Source of the DNA: Raja brachyura
Lineage: Eukaryota
Length of the DNA stretch: 64,000 bases
Direction of reading: 5' to 3'
Assembly: GCA_963514005.1 (NCBI GenBank)
Contig: OY740788.1
Span: 88,660,001 to 88,724,000, forward strand
Positions 12,371 to 25,304 of this stretch are shown here, one piece after another. Both the position numbers and the translations under genes were made by a program. Each line of letters starts with the position of its first letter. The first letter of the stretch is position 1. The notes below the pieces were generated by a model. The model searched no databases and was not told where the DNA came from. It saw nothing but the letters and a program-made list of their open reading frames with translations.

Positions 12371-12714
12371 CAAATGGTGGAGGCAAATATAATAGTGGTG
12401 TTTAAGGGACTTTAGAGAGTTTTAGTTTGGCACCCATAAAAATGCAGTATATTGAGGGATATGTTTTACATGTCGGTAGAGAAGGTTAGGTTAATTTTAC
12501 AAAGGGCCGGTTCTATATTTCCTGATGATACTGTTATAGATCTAACCAAGCACTTTCTGCTCTCTTTCTCCCTCACATCCCCCTTTCTTCCTTCCCCCCT
12601 CCCCGCTCCCCTCCTCTGTTCCCCACCTGCACTCCCCTCCCCCTTTTTCCCCTCCCCCTCCATTCCTTCCTCTGGCTTCAGAACTTCAATCATTTTGTCC
12701 CACATGGGCATGGA

Positions 12715-13607
12715 TATGAGTGACTGGGACGTTGTAGCCAAGACTGAAACCTGGTTAAGGGAGGGGCAGGACTGGCAGCTCAATGTTCCGGGGTACAGGA
12801 GCTTCAGGAGAGACAGGGATGAGGGAAAAAGAGGATGGAGGCTGCATTGTTGGTTAAGGAGGATGTCACGGCTGTGGTCAGAGGTGACATTACGGACGGT
12901 CCGTCTAGTGAGGCTCTATGGGTGGAGCTGAGGAACAAGGAAGGGATGGTCACCTTGTTGGGGGTGTACTACAGACCCCAAATAGTCAATGGGAATTAGA
13001 AGAACAAATGTGCCAGGAGATTGCAGACAGCTGCAGGTCAAATAAGGTTGTTGTAGTAGGGGATTTTAACATTCCCGATATAGACTGGGAAAATCATAGC
13101 GTGAAGGGTTTAGATGGGGTGCAATTCATCAAACGTGTTCAGCAGAGTTTTCTTAAGCAGTATGTGGAGGCCCCCATACATGAGAGGGAAAAGCTGGGTC
13201 TAGTATTGGGAAAATGGGCAGGGCAAGTTAATGAAGTGTGTGTGGAGGAGCCTTTAGGACCAGAGTTCGATTATGTTTAAGATAGTTATGGATAGGGACA
13301 GAGAGGGTCCACGTGTTAAAATGCTCATCTGGGGTAAGGCCAACTTTGAGGGTCTCGCTAAAGTTGACTGGAGCAGGTTATTTGAGGGGAAAGGAACATC
13401 GGCCAAGTGGAGTGAAGGGCAAAGCAGGCAAACGTAAGGAAGCTTAGCTGTCGAGGGAAGTTAAAAACAAGATTGAAGCAGGGGACAGGTTTAGGCAGCT
13501 GGGATCAAGTGCATCCCTGGCGGAGTTTCGGGAACTAAGGAGTAAACTAAAAAAGGAAATCAGAAAGGCAAAAAGGGGCCAGGAGATAGCTCTGGCGGGT
13601 AGCATTA
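12715..13607 (+). mobile_element. CR1 LINE fragment (endonuclease region), left part of a copy that resumes at 17096
   Basis: APE-like motifs ETWL, GVYYRP, VVVGDFNIPDIDW. The CR1 sequence continues across the TIR insertion (...GGTAGCATTA | ATTAAGGACAATCCC...). Confidence 0.75.
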
Positions 13608-14094
13608 GCAGAGCTGCCAAGTAGTGCGGATTTTCCGTATTTTGTATGGAAATGCGATACGAATACTGAAGTACGATTTTTGTGTTGTTAAATACGGATT
13701 TTAAATACGTTCAGTTCAGTCTGAAGAAGGGTCTCGACCAGAAACGTCACCCATTCCTTCTCTCCAGAGTCACTGCCTGTCCCGCTCCAGGTTTACACAG
13801 AGTGCTATCAGTTTAACGCGTGGGAATTTAAACAAAGAGCTGTCGGCTGTGCGCTATGGGTTCTAAATATAGTGCTACCGGCTGGAGCGCTCCAGGCTTT
13901 ACACATCGCGCTATGGGTCACAGACTGTTCAGGAACATTCTCATATAACAATGAGTCTTTGGAATTCTCTTTGAGCCTTTCATTATTTTTCAGGCAGTGG
14001 TAGAATTCTGGATAAGCCTAGTGGTGAAAGGGATACCAGTGGGATTGCAATTACATTGGGATTGGCCTTGATTTTACAGAACGGTGGGTGGGCT

Positions 14095-14300
14095 CAAGGG
14101 GGAGAGAGGGAGGGAGAGAGGAAGAGGGGGAGGGAGGAGAGAGGAAGAGGGGGAGAGGGGGAGAGAGGAAGAGGGGGAGAGAGGAAGAGGGGGAGAGAGG
14201 AAGAGGGGGAGAGGGAGAGGGAGAGGGGGAGAGGGAGAGGGGGAGAGGGAGAGGGGGAGAGAACGAGGGAGCAGAAGGAGGGAGAGAGAGGAAGGAGGGG
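14095..14300. repeat. GA-rich purine tract running into an assembly gap (N 14301-14429)
   Basis: Almost only G/A; it produces spurious ORFs. Confidence 0.9.
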
Positions 14301-14530
14301 NNNNNNNNNNNNNNNNNNNNNNNNNNNNNNNNNNNNNNNNNNNNNNNNNNNNNNNNNNNNNNNNNNNNNNNNNNNNNNNNNNNNNNNNNNNNNNNNNNNN
14401 NNNNNNNNNNNNNNNNNNNNNNNNNNNNNTCTACGCCATCATCTGGTGCTGAAAGCAGGAAGCAGCCGTTCAAACAGCAGTTTACAGAGAGGTGGCAATG
14501 AATGCACTGTTAAGTAGACAGTGCATTAAG

Positions 14531-16897
14531 AGAGAGCAGGCTATTCTAGACTGGGTATTGAGTAATGAGGAAGGGTTAGTTACCAGTCTTGTTGTGAGTG
14601 GCCCCTTGGGCAAGAGTGACCATAATATGGTTGAGTTCTTCATTAGGATGGAGAGTGACAAAATTAAGTCAGAAACAAGGGTTCTGAACTTGAACAAAGG
14701 TAACTTTGAAGGTATGAGATGTGAATTGGCCAAGATAGACTGGCAGGTGATTCTTAAAGGGTTGACAGTGGATGTGCAATGGAAGGTATTTAAAGACTGC
14801 ATGGATGAAGTACAAAAGTTGTTCATACCAGTTTGGCAAAAGAATAAATCGGGGAAGGTGGTGCATCCATGGATAACAAGGGAAATCAGGGATAGTATAA
14901 AAACAAAAGATGAGGCATACAAATTTGCCAGAAAAAGCAGCCTACCGGAGGACTGGGAGAAATTCAGAATCCAGCAGAGGAGGACAAAGGGCTTAATTAG
15001 GAAAGGGAAAATAGATTATGAAAGGAAACTGGCAGGGAACATAAAAACTGACTGCAAAAGTTTTTATAGATATGTGAAGAGAAAGAGACTAGTTAAAACA
15101 AATGTTGGTCCCTTGCAGTCAGAAACAGGTGAATTGATCATGGGGAACAAGGACATGGCAGACCAATTGAATAACTACTTTGGTTCTGTCTTCACTAAGG
15201 AAGACATAAATAATCTGCCGGAAATAGCAGTGGAACGGGGGTCAAATAAGATGGAGGAACTGAGTGAAATCCAGGTTAGCCGGGAGGTGGTGTTGGGTAA
15301 ATTGAACGGATTGAAGGCCGATAAATCCCCAGGGCCAGATAGGCAGCATCCCAGAGTACTCAAGGAAGTAGCCATAGAAATAGTGGATGCATTAGTGATA
15401 ATTTTTCAAAATTCCTTAGATTCTGGAGTAGTTCCTGAGGATTGGAGGGTAGCTAATGTAACCCCACTTTTTAAAAAAGGAGGGAGAGAGAAAGCGGGGA
15501 ATTACAGACCAGTTAGTCTAACATCGGCAGTGGGGAAACTGCTAGTCAGTTATTAAAGATGGGATAGCAGCGCATTTGGAAAGTGGTGAAATCATTGGAC
15601 AAAGTCAGCATGGATTTACGAAAGGTAAATCATGTCTGACAAATCTGATAGAATTTTTCGAGGATGTAACTAGTAGAGTGGATAAGGGAGAACCAGTGGA
15701 TGTGTTATATCTAGACTTTCAGAAGGCTTTCGACAAGGTCCCGCATAAGAGATTAGCATATAAACTTAAAGCACACGGTATTGAGGGTTCAGTATTGATG
15801 TGGATAGAGAACTGGCTAGCAGACAGGAGGCAAAGGGTAGGAGTAAACGGGTCCTTTTCAGAATGGCAGGCAGTGACTAGTGGGGTACCGCAAGGCTCAG
15901 TGCTGGGATCCCAGCTATTTACAATATATATTAATGATTTGGACGAGGGAATTCAATGCAACATCTCCAAATCTGCAGATGATACCAAGCTGGGGGGTAT
16001 AGTTAGGTGTGAGGAGGATGCTTGGAGGCTGCAGGGTGATTTGGATAGGCTGAGTGAATGGGCAGATGCATGGCAGATGCAGTATAATGTGGATAAATGT
16101 GAGGTTATTCACTTTGGTGGCAAAAACATGAGGGTAGACTATTATCTGAATAGTGGCAGATTAGGAAAGGGGGAGATGCAACGAGACCTGGGTGTCATGG
16201 TACACCAGTCATTGAAAGTAGGCATGCAGGTGCAGCAGGCAGTGAAGAAAGCAAATGGTATGTTAGCATTCATAGCAAAAGGATTTGAGTATAGGAGCAG
16301 GGAGATTCTACTGCAGTTGTACAGGGTTTTGGTGAGGCCACACCTGGAGTATTGCGTACAGTTTTGGTCTCCAAATCTGAGGAAAGACATCCTTGCCATA
16401 GAGGGGGTACAGAGAAGATTCACCAGACTGATTCCTGGGATGTCAGGACTTTCATATGAGGAAAGATTGGATAGACTCGGCTTGTACTCGCTGGAATTTA
16501 GAAGATTGAGGGGGGATCTTATAGAAACTTACAAAATTCTTAAAGAGTTGGACAAGCTAGATGCTGGAAGATTGTTCCCGATGTTGGGGGAGTCCAGAAC
16601 AAGGGGTCACAGTCTAAGGATAAGGGGGAATTCCTTTAGGACCGAAATGAGGAAAACATTCTTTACACAGAGAGTGGTGAGTCTCTGGAATTCTCTGCCA
16701 CAGAAGGTAGTTGAGGCCAGTTCATTGGCTATATTTAAGAGGGCGTTAGATGTGGCACTTGTGGCTAAAGGGATCAGGGGGTATGGAGAGAAGGCAGGTA
16801 CGGGATACTGAGTTGGATGATCAGCCATGATCACATTGAATGGCGGTGCAGGCTCGAAGGGCCGAATGGCCTACTCCTGCACCTATTTTCTATGTTT
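14531..16897 (+). mobile_element. CR1 LINE (young, 5'-truncated ORF2 with one frameshift near 15550)
   Basis: ORFs 14492-15556 and 15576-16811 contain KSPGPD, NYRPVSLTS, LDFQKAFD, GVPQGSVLG and KSADDTKL (degenerate FADD). 3' tail GGGCCGAATGGCCTACTCCTGCACCTATTTTCTATG. Confidence 0.92.
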
Positions 16898-17095
16898 TCT
16901 AAGTAAGGTGTGTAGAAGACATGTCACTTGGTAGCAAAGTTATGCATTCTTGTACTCTTACATGGGTATGGCAGCACATAAAAAGCTTTTTGTTCAGCAA
17001 AGTGGCACTGCATAAAAATACTGATTTCCTCGGCAAAATACTGATTTTCAGGTACTAGAATACTGAAATGCTATGACAGAACTTGGCAGCTCTGC

Positions 17096-18925
17096 ATTAA
17101 GGACAATCCCAAAATACTTTATGGGGGGAATTAAGGGGGAAAAGGGTAACTAGAGAGAGAGTGGGACCTCTCAGGAATCAAAGCGGTCACCTCTGTGCAG
17201 CTACAGGAGACGGGCAAGATCATAAATGAGTATTTCTCCTCTGTATTTACTGAGGAGAAAGACAGTAAGATGGAGGAACTTGGAGCAGCCACTGGAAGAG
17301 AAAAAAGTGGAGCAGTCAGGGTTACCGTCAAAGAATTAAGGGACAGATGTTTAGGGGTAACATGAGGGGGAACTTCTTTACTCAGAGAGTGGTGGCTGTG
17401 TGGAATGATCTTCCAGCAGAAGTGGTGGAGGCAGGATCGATTTTAACATTTAAAAGTAAAGTGGATAGGTATACGGACGGGAAGGGAATGGAGGGGTATG
17501 GTCTGAGTGCAGGTAGATGGGACTAGGGGAAAATAAATGGTCAGCACGGACTGGAAGGGCCGAGAAGGCCTGTTTCCGTGCTGTAATTGTTATATGGTTA
17601 TATAAGTACTGACGGTACTGTCGTGTTTGAAGGTAGACAAATCTCCAGGGCCAGATCCGATATATCCGCTTTTGCAGTGGCAGCACCTAGACTATGGAAA
17701 AAGCACCCCTCTTCCAATCAGAACTGCCCCCTCCATCAACAGTTTTAAAGCATATTTCTATTCACAAGCGTTACTTGAGGTCCTCATGCATGTATTTATG
17801 TATGTATTGTTAGATCTATGTACCTCTGTTTGTAGTACGTTAGTATCTGCACAGATGTAAAGCTCTTTGGTCAATGAGAGTTGTTTTAAATGTGCTATAG
17901 AAATAAAATTGACTTGAAGGCATTACGGGAAACTGTAGAGGAAATTGCGGGAGCCCTGGTTGAAATTTACGAGTGCAGGAGAGGTGCCGGAAGACTGGAA
18001 GGTGGCAAATGTTCTGCCTCTTTTCAAGAAGGGCTGCAGGGAAAATGCTGGGAACTATAGGCCGGTGAGCTTAACATCTGTAGTGGTATGTTACTGGACT
18101 GTATTCTGTGGGATAGAATGTACGGGCATTTGGATCTGCATTGGCAGATAACGGATAGTCAGCATGGTTTTGTACGTGGGAGGTCGTGTCTCACAAATCT
18201 GATTGCTTTTTTTGAAGACGTGATCAAAAAGGTTGATGTGGGCGGAGCTGTGCATGTTGTGTACATGGACCTACACAGTTAATGGCAGGTCTCTGGGTAG
18301 TGTGGTGGACGGATCTAGGAGTGCAGGTGCATGGTTCCTTGAAGGACGAGTCACAGGTAAACAAGGTGGTCAAAAAGGCTTTTGGCACTTTGTCCTTCAT
18401 CATTCAAAGTATTGAGTGTAGAGGTTGGGAGGTCATGTTGCAGTTGAATAAGTCGTTGGTGAGACCGCATTTAGAATATTGTGTTCAGTTCTGGGCACCA
18501 TGTTATAGAAAATACATTGTCAAGCTTGAAAGGGTTCAGAAATATTTACAAGGATGTTGCCAGGACTAGAGGGTGTGAGCTACAGGGAGAGGTTGAGTAG
18601 GCTGGGTCTCTATTCCATGAAGCGTAGGAGGATGAGGGGAGATCTTATGGAGGTATATAAAATCATTGGAGGAATAGATTGGGTAGATGCACAGAGTCTC
18701 TTGCCCAGAGTAGGGGAATCGTGGACCAGAGGTCATAGGTTCAAGGTGAAGGGGAAAAGATTAAATAGAAATCCGAGGGATAACTTTTTAAGAAACAATT
18801 AGGCAGGTACATGGATAGGACAGGTCTGGAGGGATATGGGCCAAGCGCAGGCAAGTGGGACATGTTTGGCCGATGTGGGCTAATTGGGCTGAATGGCCTG
18901 TTTCCACACTAATCACTCTATGACT
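17096..18925 (+). mobile_element. CR1 LINE continuation, itself interrupted by a CR1 3' fragment (~17335-17602) and an L2 3' fragment (~17668-17916)
   Basis: RT motifs KSPGPD, NYRPVSLTS, SQHGFVRGRSCLTNL, LVRPHLEYCVQFW. The inserts resemble the tails of the copies at 22811-23755 and 27864-29012. Confidence 0.75.
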
Positions 18926-19577
18926 CGATAACAATTACCTGTTTTTTTCATCTCTGGCCTTTGTCCAACCATCTACCTGTCAAACCCCCTCACCTGTATT
19001 ACCTATTACCTGCCATGCTTGGTCCTGCCCATCCTCTCTTCTAGCTTCCTATCCTCCCCCCGCCCCCTCCCCACACACACAATCAGACTGAAGAAAGATC
19101 CCGACCCGAAACGTCGCCTATCCATATTCTCCAGGGATGCTGCCTGACATTGTGTCATATTTTGCAGGCAGAGGGGATTAGTTTAACTTGTCATCATATT
19201 CAGCACAGATGCAGCCTGTTCCTGTGCTACACTGCTATACAGTTCTATGTTTTATTACAGACATTCACTTTGTTCCACCCCCTGCCCTCCCCCAGGTTCC
19301 TGGCTACTTAGACCAACCTGGTCTCGCAGACCAACCCGCTTGCTCAGTTCTGATGAAGGATTTTCAACTTGCAGCGTAGATTGCATCTCTCCCCACAGAT
19401 GCAACCTGATCTGCTGAGTGTGTTCACCATTTTCTGTTTTTTATCCCAATCTGGGTTGCTTTGGAGAATGCTATGATGGGGCATCGATGATGGGGCATCA
19501 AGCCTGTGTGTTTGCTTAAAATGGGAGAAATAAACACAGGTTGCATCTAAACTCTATAAACCTTTCATATTTTTCAG

Positions 19578-19722
19578 AACAACCATATGAAAAGTTGTCT
19601 TTGAAAATCTTGGGCGCTATTGTAGCCTGTGTGCTCTTCATCCTCCTATGCAGCATCTTAGCAATAGCAGTGTGCTATATGAAAAAATGGGTGTGCTTTC
19701 AACACATATTTAAACCCGAAGG
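19578..19722 (+). CDS. IgSF receptor transmembrane exon (phase 1/2)
   Basis: Acceptor tttttcAG|AA; donor GG|GTAAGT. Translation EQPYEKLSLKILGAIVACVLFILLCSILAIAVCYMKKWVCFQHIFKPEG: a ~24-residue uncharged hydrophobic helix followed by KK. Confidence 0.88.
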
Positions 19723-19854
19723 GTAAGTAAAATGTATTTTCACATCTTGCTTTAATATAATATTGAATTAAGCATGGTGGGCGCAGGCGTTGAATCCAGC
19801 AAAGATCGGAGGAAAGAGTCGTGGAACTTGGAAGTTTCGTGGGGTGGAACAGTT

Positions 19855-20160
19855 CTGGCACGGGTACAAAGGTAGGGTTGCTGCCTGACAGCGCCAGAGA
19901 CACGGGTTTGATTCTGACTATGGGTGCTGTCTGTTCAGAGTTTGTCTGTTCTCTCCGTGACCTGCATGGGTTTGCTCCGGGTGCTCGTTTCCTCATACAT
20001 TCCAATGAAGTACAGGTTTGCTGGCTAATTGTAGGTAAAACAGTAAATGGTCCTAATGTGTAGGATAGTGTTATTGTGCGGGAATCGCTGGTCGGAGCAG
20101 ACTCAGTGGGCTGCAGGGCCTGTTTCCACGCTGTATCTTAAACTAAATTTAACTAAAACT
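19855..20160 (+). mobile_element. HE1-like tRNA-derived SINE
   Basis: tRNA-like head (GGTAGGGTTGCTGCCTGACAGCGCCAGAGAC...) and CR1-like tail (GGGCCTGTTTCCACGCTGTATCTTAAACTAAA). Confidence 0.7.
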
Positions 20161-20494
20161 TCAGTTATGTGGAGGGACTGGAGAGGCTGGGTCCCAATGT
20201 CAGCACATCCATCCTCAGATATAAGGCCCAAACTGCTCATAATACGCCAAACACGGTCTGAGCAGTGCCTCATTAAGCCTCAGCATTACAACCTATTTGG
20301 TATTGTAGCCCTCAAAATAAATGCTAGCTTTGCATTCACCTTCCTTACTACTCATTCCACTTGTAAAGTAATCTTTTGTGAATCCTGCACCAGCTCCCAA
20401 GTCCCTTTGCACCTCTGATTTCTGAATTCTCTCCCCATTTAGAAAATAAGACAATTTTATATGATATTTGAACAGCCCGCCACATTGCGGACCT

Positions 20495-20790
20495 TGCTTT
20501 AAACTTTAGAGATATAGTGTGGGAATAGGCCCTTCAGCCCACTGAGCCCAGTGATCACTAACACTATCCTACTCCCTGGGGCAAATTTACAATTTGTACC
20601 AAAGACAACTCATCTGCAAACCTGCACATCTTTGGCGTGACGGAGGAAATTGGAGGACCCGGAGAAAACGCACGCAGGTCACGGGGAGAATGTACAAGCT
20701 TTGTATAGACAGCAGCCGTAGTCAGGATCGAATCTGTGTCTCTAGCGCTGTAAGGCAGCAACTCTACCGCTGTGTAATTGTGGCGCCACT
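20495..20790 (-). mobile_element. HE1-like SINE (inverted relative to 19855-20160)
   Basis: Reverse complement of the same head and tail sequence. Confidence 0.7.
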
Positions 20791-21055
20791 TTTTGTTGTC
20801 TGTGGCTGTAAAGCTCAAATGCTGTAACACCACATTTGTTTCTCGTGTCTTTCATCTTTGCACCACCTGTTGTACTTGTATCGGCTTTGATTGTATAGTA
20901 TGATTTGACTGGATAGCATGAAAATAAAACTTCACTGTACCTCGGTACACATACGAACAATAAACCAAGACCAATGCAGTCTCGTTGTTGTTCTTCAGAG
21001 ACATTCAACAAATATAAATAGTTCACTGACAGTGTGTTCTATATCATTTCGCTAG

Positions 21056-21099
21056 GAACTCTACTGAAGACCTGAACACAGTCTATTCGACAGTTACAG
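21056..21099 (+). CDS. IgSF receptor cytoplasmic exon 1 (44 nt, ITSM TVYSTV)
   Basis: Acceptor atttcgctAG|G; donor ACAG|GTAAAA. In frame with the phase-2 TM exon, reading (G)NSTEDLNTVYSTVT. Too short for the ORF track. Confidence 0.8.
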
Positions 21100-22469
21100 G
21101 TAAAAAGTTAATTTCAGTGCTCATATTGGGGATTGCTTCAAATGTTGGCTATGTTCAGTAATGATTCCAAATGTAAGAACATAAGAAACAGTCAAGAAAG
21201 TCGCCCATTGTTGCACCATTCTCAACTTCAACTATTCAACCTCTATGGCTTTTCAATTCCTTTAAACACACTCAACAAATTAGCTTCACAGTTCTCCGAC
21301 AGAGAAATGCACATATTCAAAGCACTCTTCAAAGAAAATTCTTCACAACTTAGTCATGGTGCACTAACCATATCTGAGTGAACCTGTGGAACAATCTTAT
21401 TCAAGCACTCAAGGTCTCCATCAAGGCAAATGAAATAGAGTTTTGGTCGATGTTTTGGGTCGTGATTATAGAGAGCAGATAGCAAACAGAAAGAGGTGAA
21501 GGGGCGGTGTGAGGCAGGGCAGGCAGTAATAGATAGAAACACAAGAAGTGGGGAAAGGGGCAGATGAGCCAAGTGGGAGCAGATGGTGGGAATAGAGGCT
21601 GAAAGTTACTGTGGAAACAAGAGATGCTGGAATCCTACAGATGTTGGAATCTGGAAAGTCAGAAGGTGATATGCGGAAACAATGGTCCAATAGTGCTTTT
21701 ATTGTCACATTTGCAAAGTGCTAACACAATGAAATTATTTATCATACAAACAGTCCAGTAGAATGTAGCCGATCCCTAATTAGCAAGTGTACAGATATAG
21801 TCTACTGGGCCCGCATGCAACAGGTGCCATCTAGTGGTGCTATTTTCAAAGTCCTCGCTCTAGTTCTGATGAGCAGTGCCTGTTCCAGGCAAGTCCCAGG
21901 CTGTTGGAGATCTCCAGCCATTTCGTTCCTTCGACGCCACGCTACCTGATCAGATTCCAGCATCTGCAGTCTCTGTGTCCCTTGGAGAGCAGCCTACCAC
22001 CAAGTACTGCTGCCTCTGCCCTCCTCCACTAAATGGACACAACATCAGTCTTAAACGAATTATTGGATATATATCAATTCCTGCAGCCTCTCGAAAGATG
22101 CCTGCTGTAAGTGACAAATTAATGGCAGAATGGCAGAAAGACCAACATTAACACAGACTCTCAAATTTTAATCCATTTGATAGTGGCTGAATTTAAATCT
22201 ATGATAGTGAACTAAAGGGCATATGTCCATGAATTAATTAAATGATAATCCTTTACATTCAATTGAGAAGTTTACGGATCCACCAAAAGGCAGCTTCTAC
22301 AATACTGCACTGAAGCATAGGCCTACGCAGTTTGTCTTAACTCCCTAAAAAGGGCCTGATCCACAGCCTGCAGACTCCAGAACTAAGCCAGACGTCTAGC
22401 CTTTAAGGCATATGTGAGCCTTGTCATGCCCCTGTCAACAGTGAGAAACTCTTCATACACATGACATCA

Positions 22470-22730
22470 CGATGGTGCAGTGGTAGAGTTGCTGTCTTAC
22501 AGCACCAGCGACCTGGGTTCAATCCTGACTACGGGCACTGTCTGTACGGAGATTCACATTCGCCCTGTGACCATGTGGGTTTTCCCAATTGCTCTGGTTT
22601 CCTCCCACACTTCAAAGACGTACAGGTTTGTCCCTAGTGTGTGGGATAGTGTTAGTGTACGGGGATTGCTGGCCGGTGTATACTTGGTGGCTGAAGGGCC
22701 TGTTTCCACGCTGTATGTCTAGACTAAACA
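22470..22730 (+). mobile_element. HE1-like SINE
   Basis: GGTGCAGTGGTAGAGTTGCTGTCTTACAGCACCAGCGACCTGGGTTCAATCC (A/B boxes) plus a CR1-like tail. Confidence 0.7.
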
Positions 22731-22810
22731 TATGTGTTCTGCAGAATGTTGCAGCTATCTGAATGCACTGGATAAGGGATGGCAATAAGTTTGTATGAAG
22801 GGGTGAAGGG

Positions 22811-23755
22811 GTGGTAAATTGGATTAGTAAGTATGCAGATGATACCAAGATAGGGGGTGTTGTGGATAATGAAGAGGATTTCCAAAGTCTACAGAGTGAT
22901 TTAGGCCAGTTGGAAAAATGGGCTGAAAGATGGCAGATGGAGTTTAATGCTGATAAATGTGAGGTGCTACACCTTGGCAGAACAAATCAAAATAGGACGT
23001 ACATGGTAAATGGTAGGGAATTGAAGAATACAGTTGAACAGAGGAATCTGGGAATAACCATGCATAGTTCCTTGAAGGTGGAATCTCATATAGATAGGGT
23101 GGTAAAGAAAGCTTTTGGTATGCTAGCCTTTATAAATCAGAGCATTGAGTATAGAAGCTGGGATGTAATGTTAAAATTGTACAAGGCATTGGTGAGACCA
23201 AATCTGGAGTATGGTGTACAATTTTGGTCGCCCAATTATAGGAAGGATGTCAACAAAATAGAGAGGGTACAGAGGAGATTTACTAGAATGTTGCCTGGAT
23301 TTCAACAGCTAAGTTCCAGAGATAGGTTGAATAAGTTAGGTCTTTATTCTCTGGAGCGAGAAGGTTAAGGGGGGACTTGATAGAGGTCTTTAAAATGATG
23401 AGAGGGATAGACAGAGTTGATGTGGACAAGCTTTTCCCTTTGAGAATAGGGAAGATTCAAACAAGAGGACATGACTTTATAATTAAGGGACAGAGGTTTA
23501 GGGGTAACATGAGGGGGAACTTCTTTACTCAGAGAGTGGTAGCGGTGTGGAATGAGCTTCCAGTGGAAGTGGTGGCGGCAGGTTCGTTGGTATCATTTAA
23601 AAATAAATTGGATAGGCATATGGATGAGAAGGGTATGGAGGGTTATGGTATGAGTGCAGGCAGGTGGGACTAAGGGAAAAAAGTTGTTCGGCACGGACTT
23701 GAAGGGCCGAGATGGCCTGTTTCCGTGCTGTAATTGGTATATGGTTATATGGTAT
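22811..23755 (+). mobile_element. CR1 LINE 3' fragment
   Basis: ISKYADDTKIGG and LVRPNLEYGVQFW; tail (TATATGGT)n. Confidence 0.85.
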
Positions 23756-23824
23756 ACTGCACTATGATTTCATTTTGATTATCACCCGTATGTGACAACT
23801 CAACAGATTCTTATTTGATTTCAG

Positions 23825-23868
23825 TTGAAACCAAGACCAATACAGAACCAGCCCCCAATGTCACTATG
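23825..23868 (+). CDS. IgSF receptor cytoplasmic exon 2 (44 nt, phase 1/0)
   Basis: Acceptor ttatttgatttcAG|TT; donor ATG|GTAAGT. Reads (V)ETKTNTEPAPNVTM and bridges the phase between the flanking exons exactly. Confidence 0.78.
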
Positions 23869-24109
23869 GTAAGTACCAGACATAAATACAAACTGCTGGA
23901 GCAACTCGGTGGGTCAGGCAGCATCTGCGGAAAGAAATGGACAGGCGACATTTTGGCCCATGCCTTTAAATGAATGCCATTACTTCCTTTTTAGACCTAT
24001 ACAAGCCATCTCAGGTTTACAAGTGTCCACCTTACTCCCTTAACATTAGAACCAACTTCCATAAATATCAATACATTCAAAGTCTTACGTACATACATCA
24101 CGTTCATAC

Positions 24110-25120
24110 CTGTGACTAGTGGTGAGCCACAGGGTTCGGTGCTGGGCCCGTTACTGTTTGCCATCTACAGCAATGATTTGGATGAGAATATACAGGGCAT
24201 GATTAGCAAGTTTGCTGATGATACAAAAGTTATTGTTTTGCAGATAGTGAGGATGGTTGTGAACGATTGCAGCAGGATCTGGATCGATTGGCCAGGTGGG
24301 CGGAGGAATGGGTGATGGAATTTAATACAGAGAAGTGTGAGGTGTTGCATTTTGGGACGTCAAACTAGGGCAGAACCTACACAGTAAATGGTAGGCCTCT
24401 GGGTAGTGTTGTAGAGCAGAGGGATCTAGGAGTACAGGTGCATGGTTCCATGAAGGTCGAGTCGCAGGTAGATAAGGTGGTCAAAACGGCTTTTGGCACT
24501 TTGGCCTTCATCAGTCTGAGTATTGAGTACAGAAGTTGGGAGGTCATGTTGCAGTCAAGACGTTGGTGAGACCGCATTTAGAATATTGTGCTCAGTTCTG
24601 GGCACCATGTTATAGGAAAGATGTTGTCAAGCTTGAAAGTGTTCAGAAAAGATTAACAAGGATGTTGCCAGGACTAGAGTGTGTGAGCTGTAGGGAGAGG
24701 TTGAGTAGGCTGGGTCTCTATTCCATGGAGCGTAGGAGGATGAGGGGAGATCTTATAGAAGTATATAAAACCATGAGAGGAATAGATCGGGTAGATGCAC
24801 AGTCTTTTACCCAGAGTAGGGGAATCGAGGACCAGACATAGGTTCAGGGTGAAGGGGAAACGATTTAATTGGAATCCAAGGGGTGACTTTTTCACACAGA
24901 CGGTGGTGGGTGCATGGAACAAGCTGCCAGAGGAGGTAGTTGAGGCTGGGACAAGCCCATCGTTTAAGAAACAGTTGGACAGGTACATGGATAGGACAGG
25001 TTTGGATGGTTATGGACCAAGCGCAGGCAAGTGAGACTGGGGTAGATGGGACATTGTTGGCTGGTGTGGGTGAGTTGGGCTAAAGGGCCCGTTTCCACTG
25101 TATTACTCTATGACTATAAC
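24110..25120 (+). mobile_element. CR1 LINE 3' fragment
   Basis: [34 protein letters not shown]; tail TCTATGACTATAAC. Confidence 0.85.
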
Positions 25121-25304
25121 TAGTTTGCTCCCTTTTCCCCTTTTGCTAATTGCTCTTTCTTATTCATCTTGTATATTTATGATGCCATTCGTTATAAACT
25201 GTGATGGTATGGAGTGATTTTGTGTATTTTCTGACTGATGAACAAACTCAGCTTATGGATTCAGCAGTCTCTTGTGCCATTTACATTCTGTTTTTCTGTT
25301 ACAG

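Larger units (their letters stand above)
13608..17095. mobile_element. Non-autonomous DNA transposon with 15-bp TIRs, carrying a nested CR1
   Basis: GCAGAGCTGCCAAGT (13608-13622) and ACTTGGCAGCTCTGC (17081-17095) are perfect inverted repeats. ATTA is duplicated at 13604-13607 and 17096-17099, and there are subterminal AATAC-rich repeats. Confidence 0.75.

Noticed and set aside
14051-14517. Glu/Arg/Gly-rich and Pro/Ser-rich ORFs
   Set aside because: Translations of a GA tract and an N gap.
21056-23868. The two 44-nt cytoplasmic exons as duplicates of each other
   Set aside because: Same length but different phases and only trivial sequence similarity.
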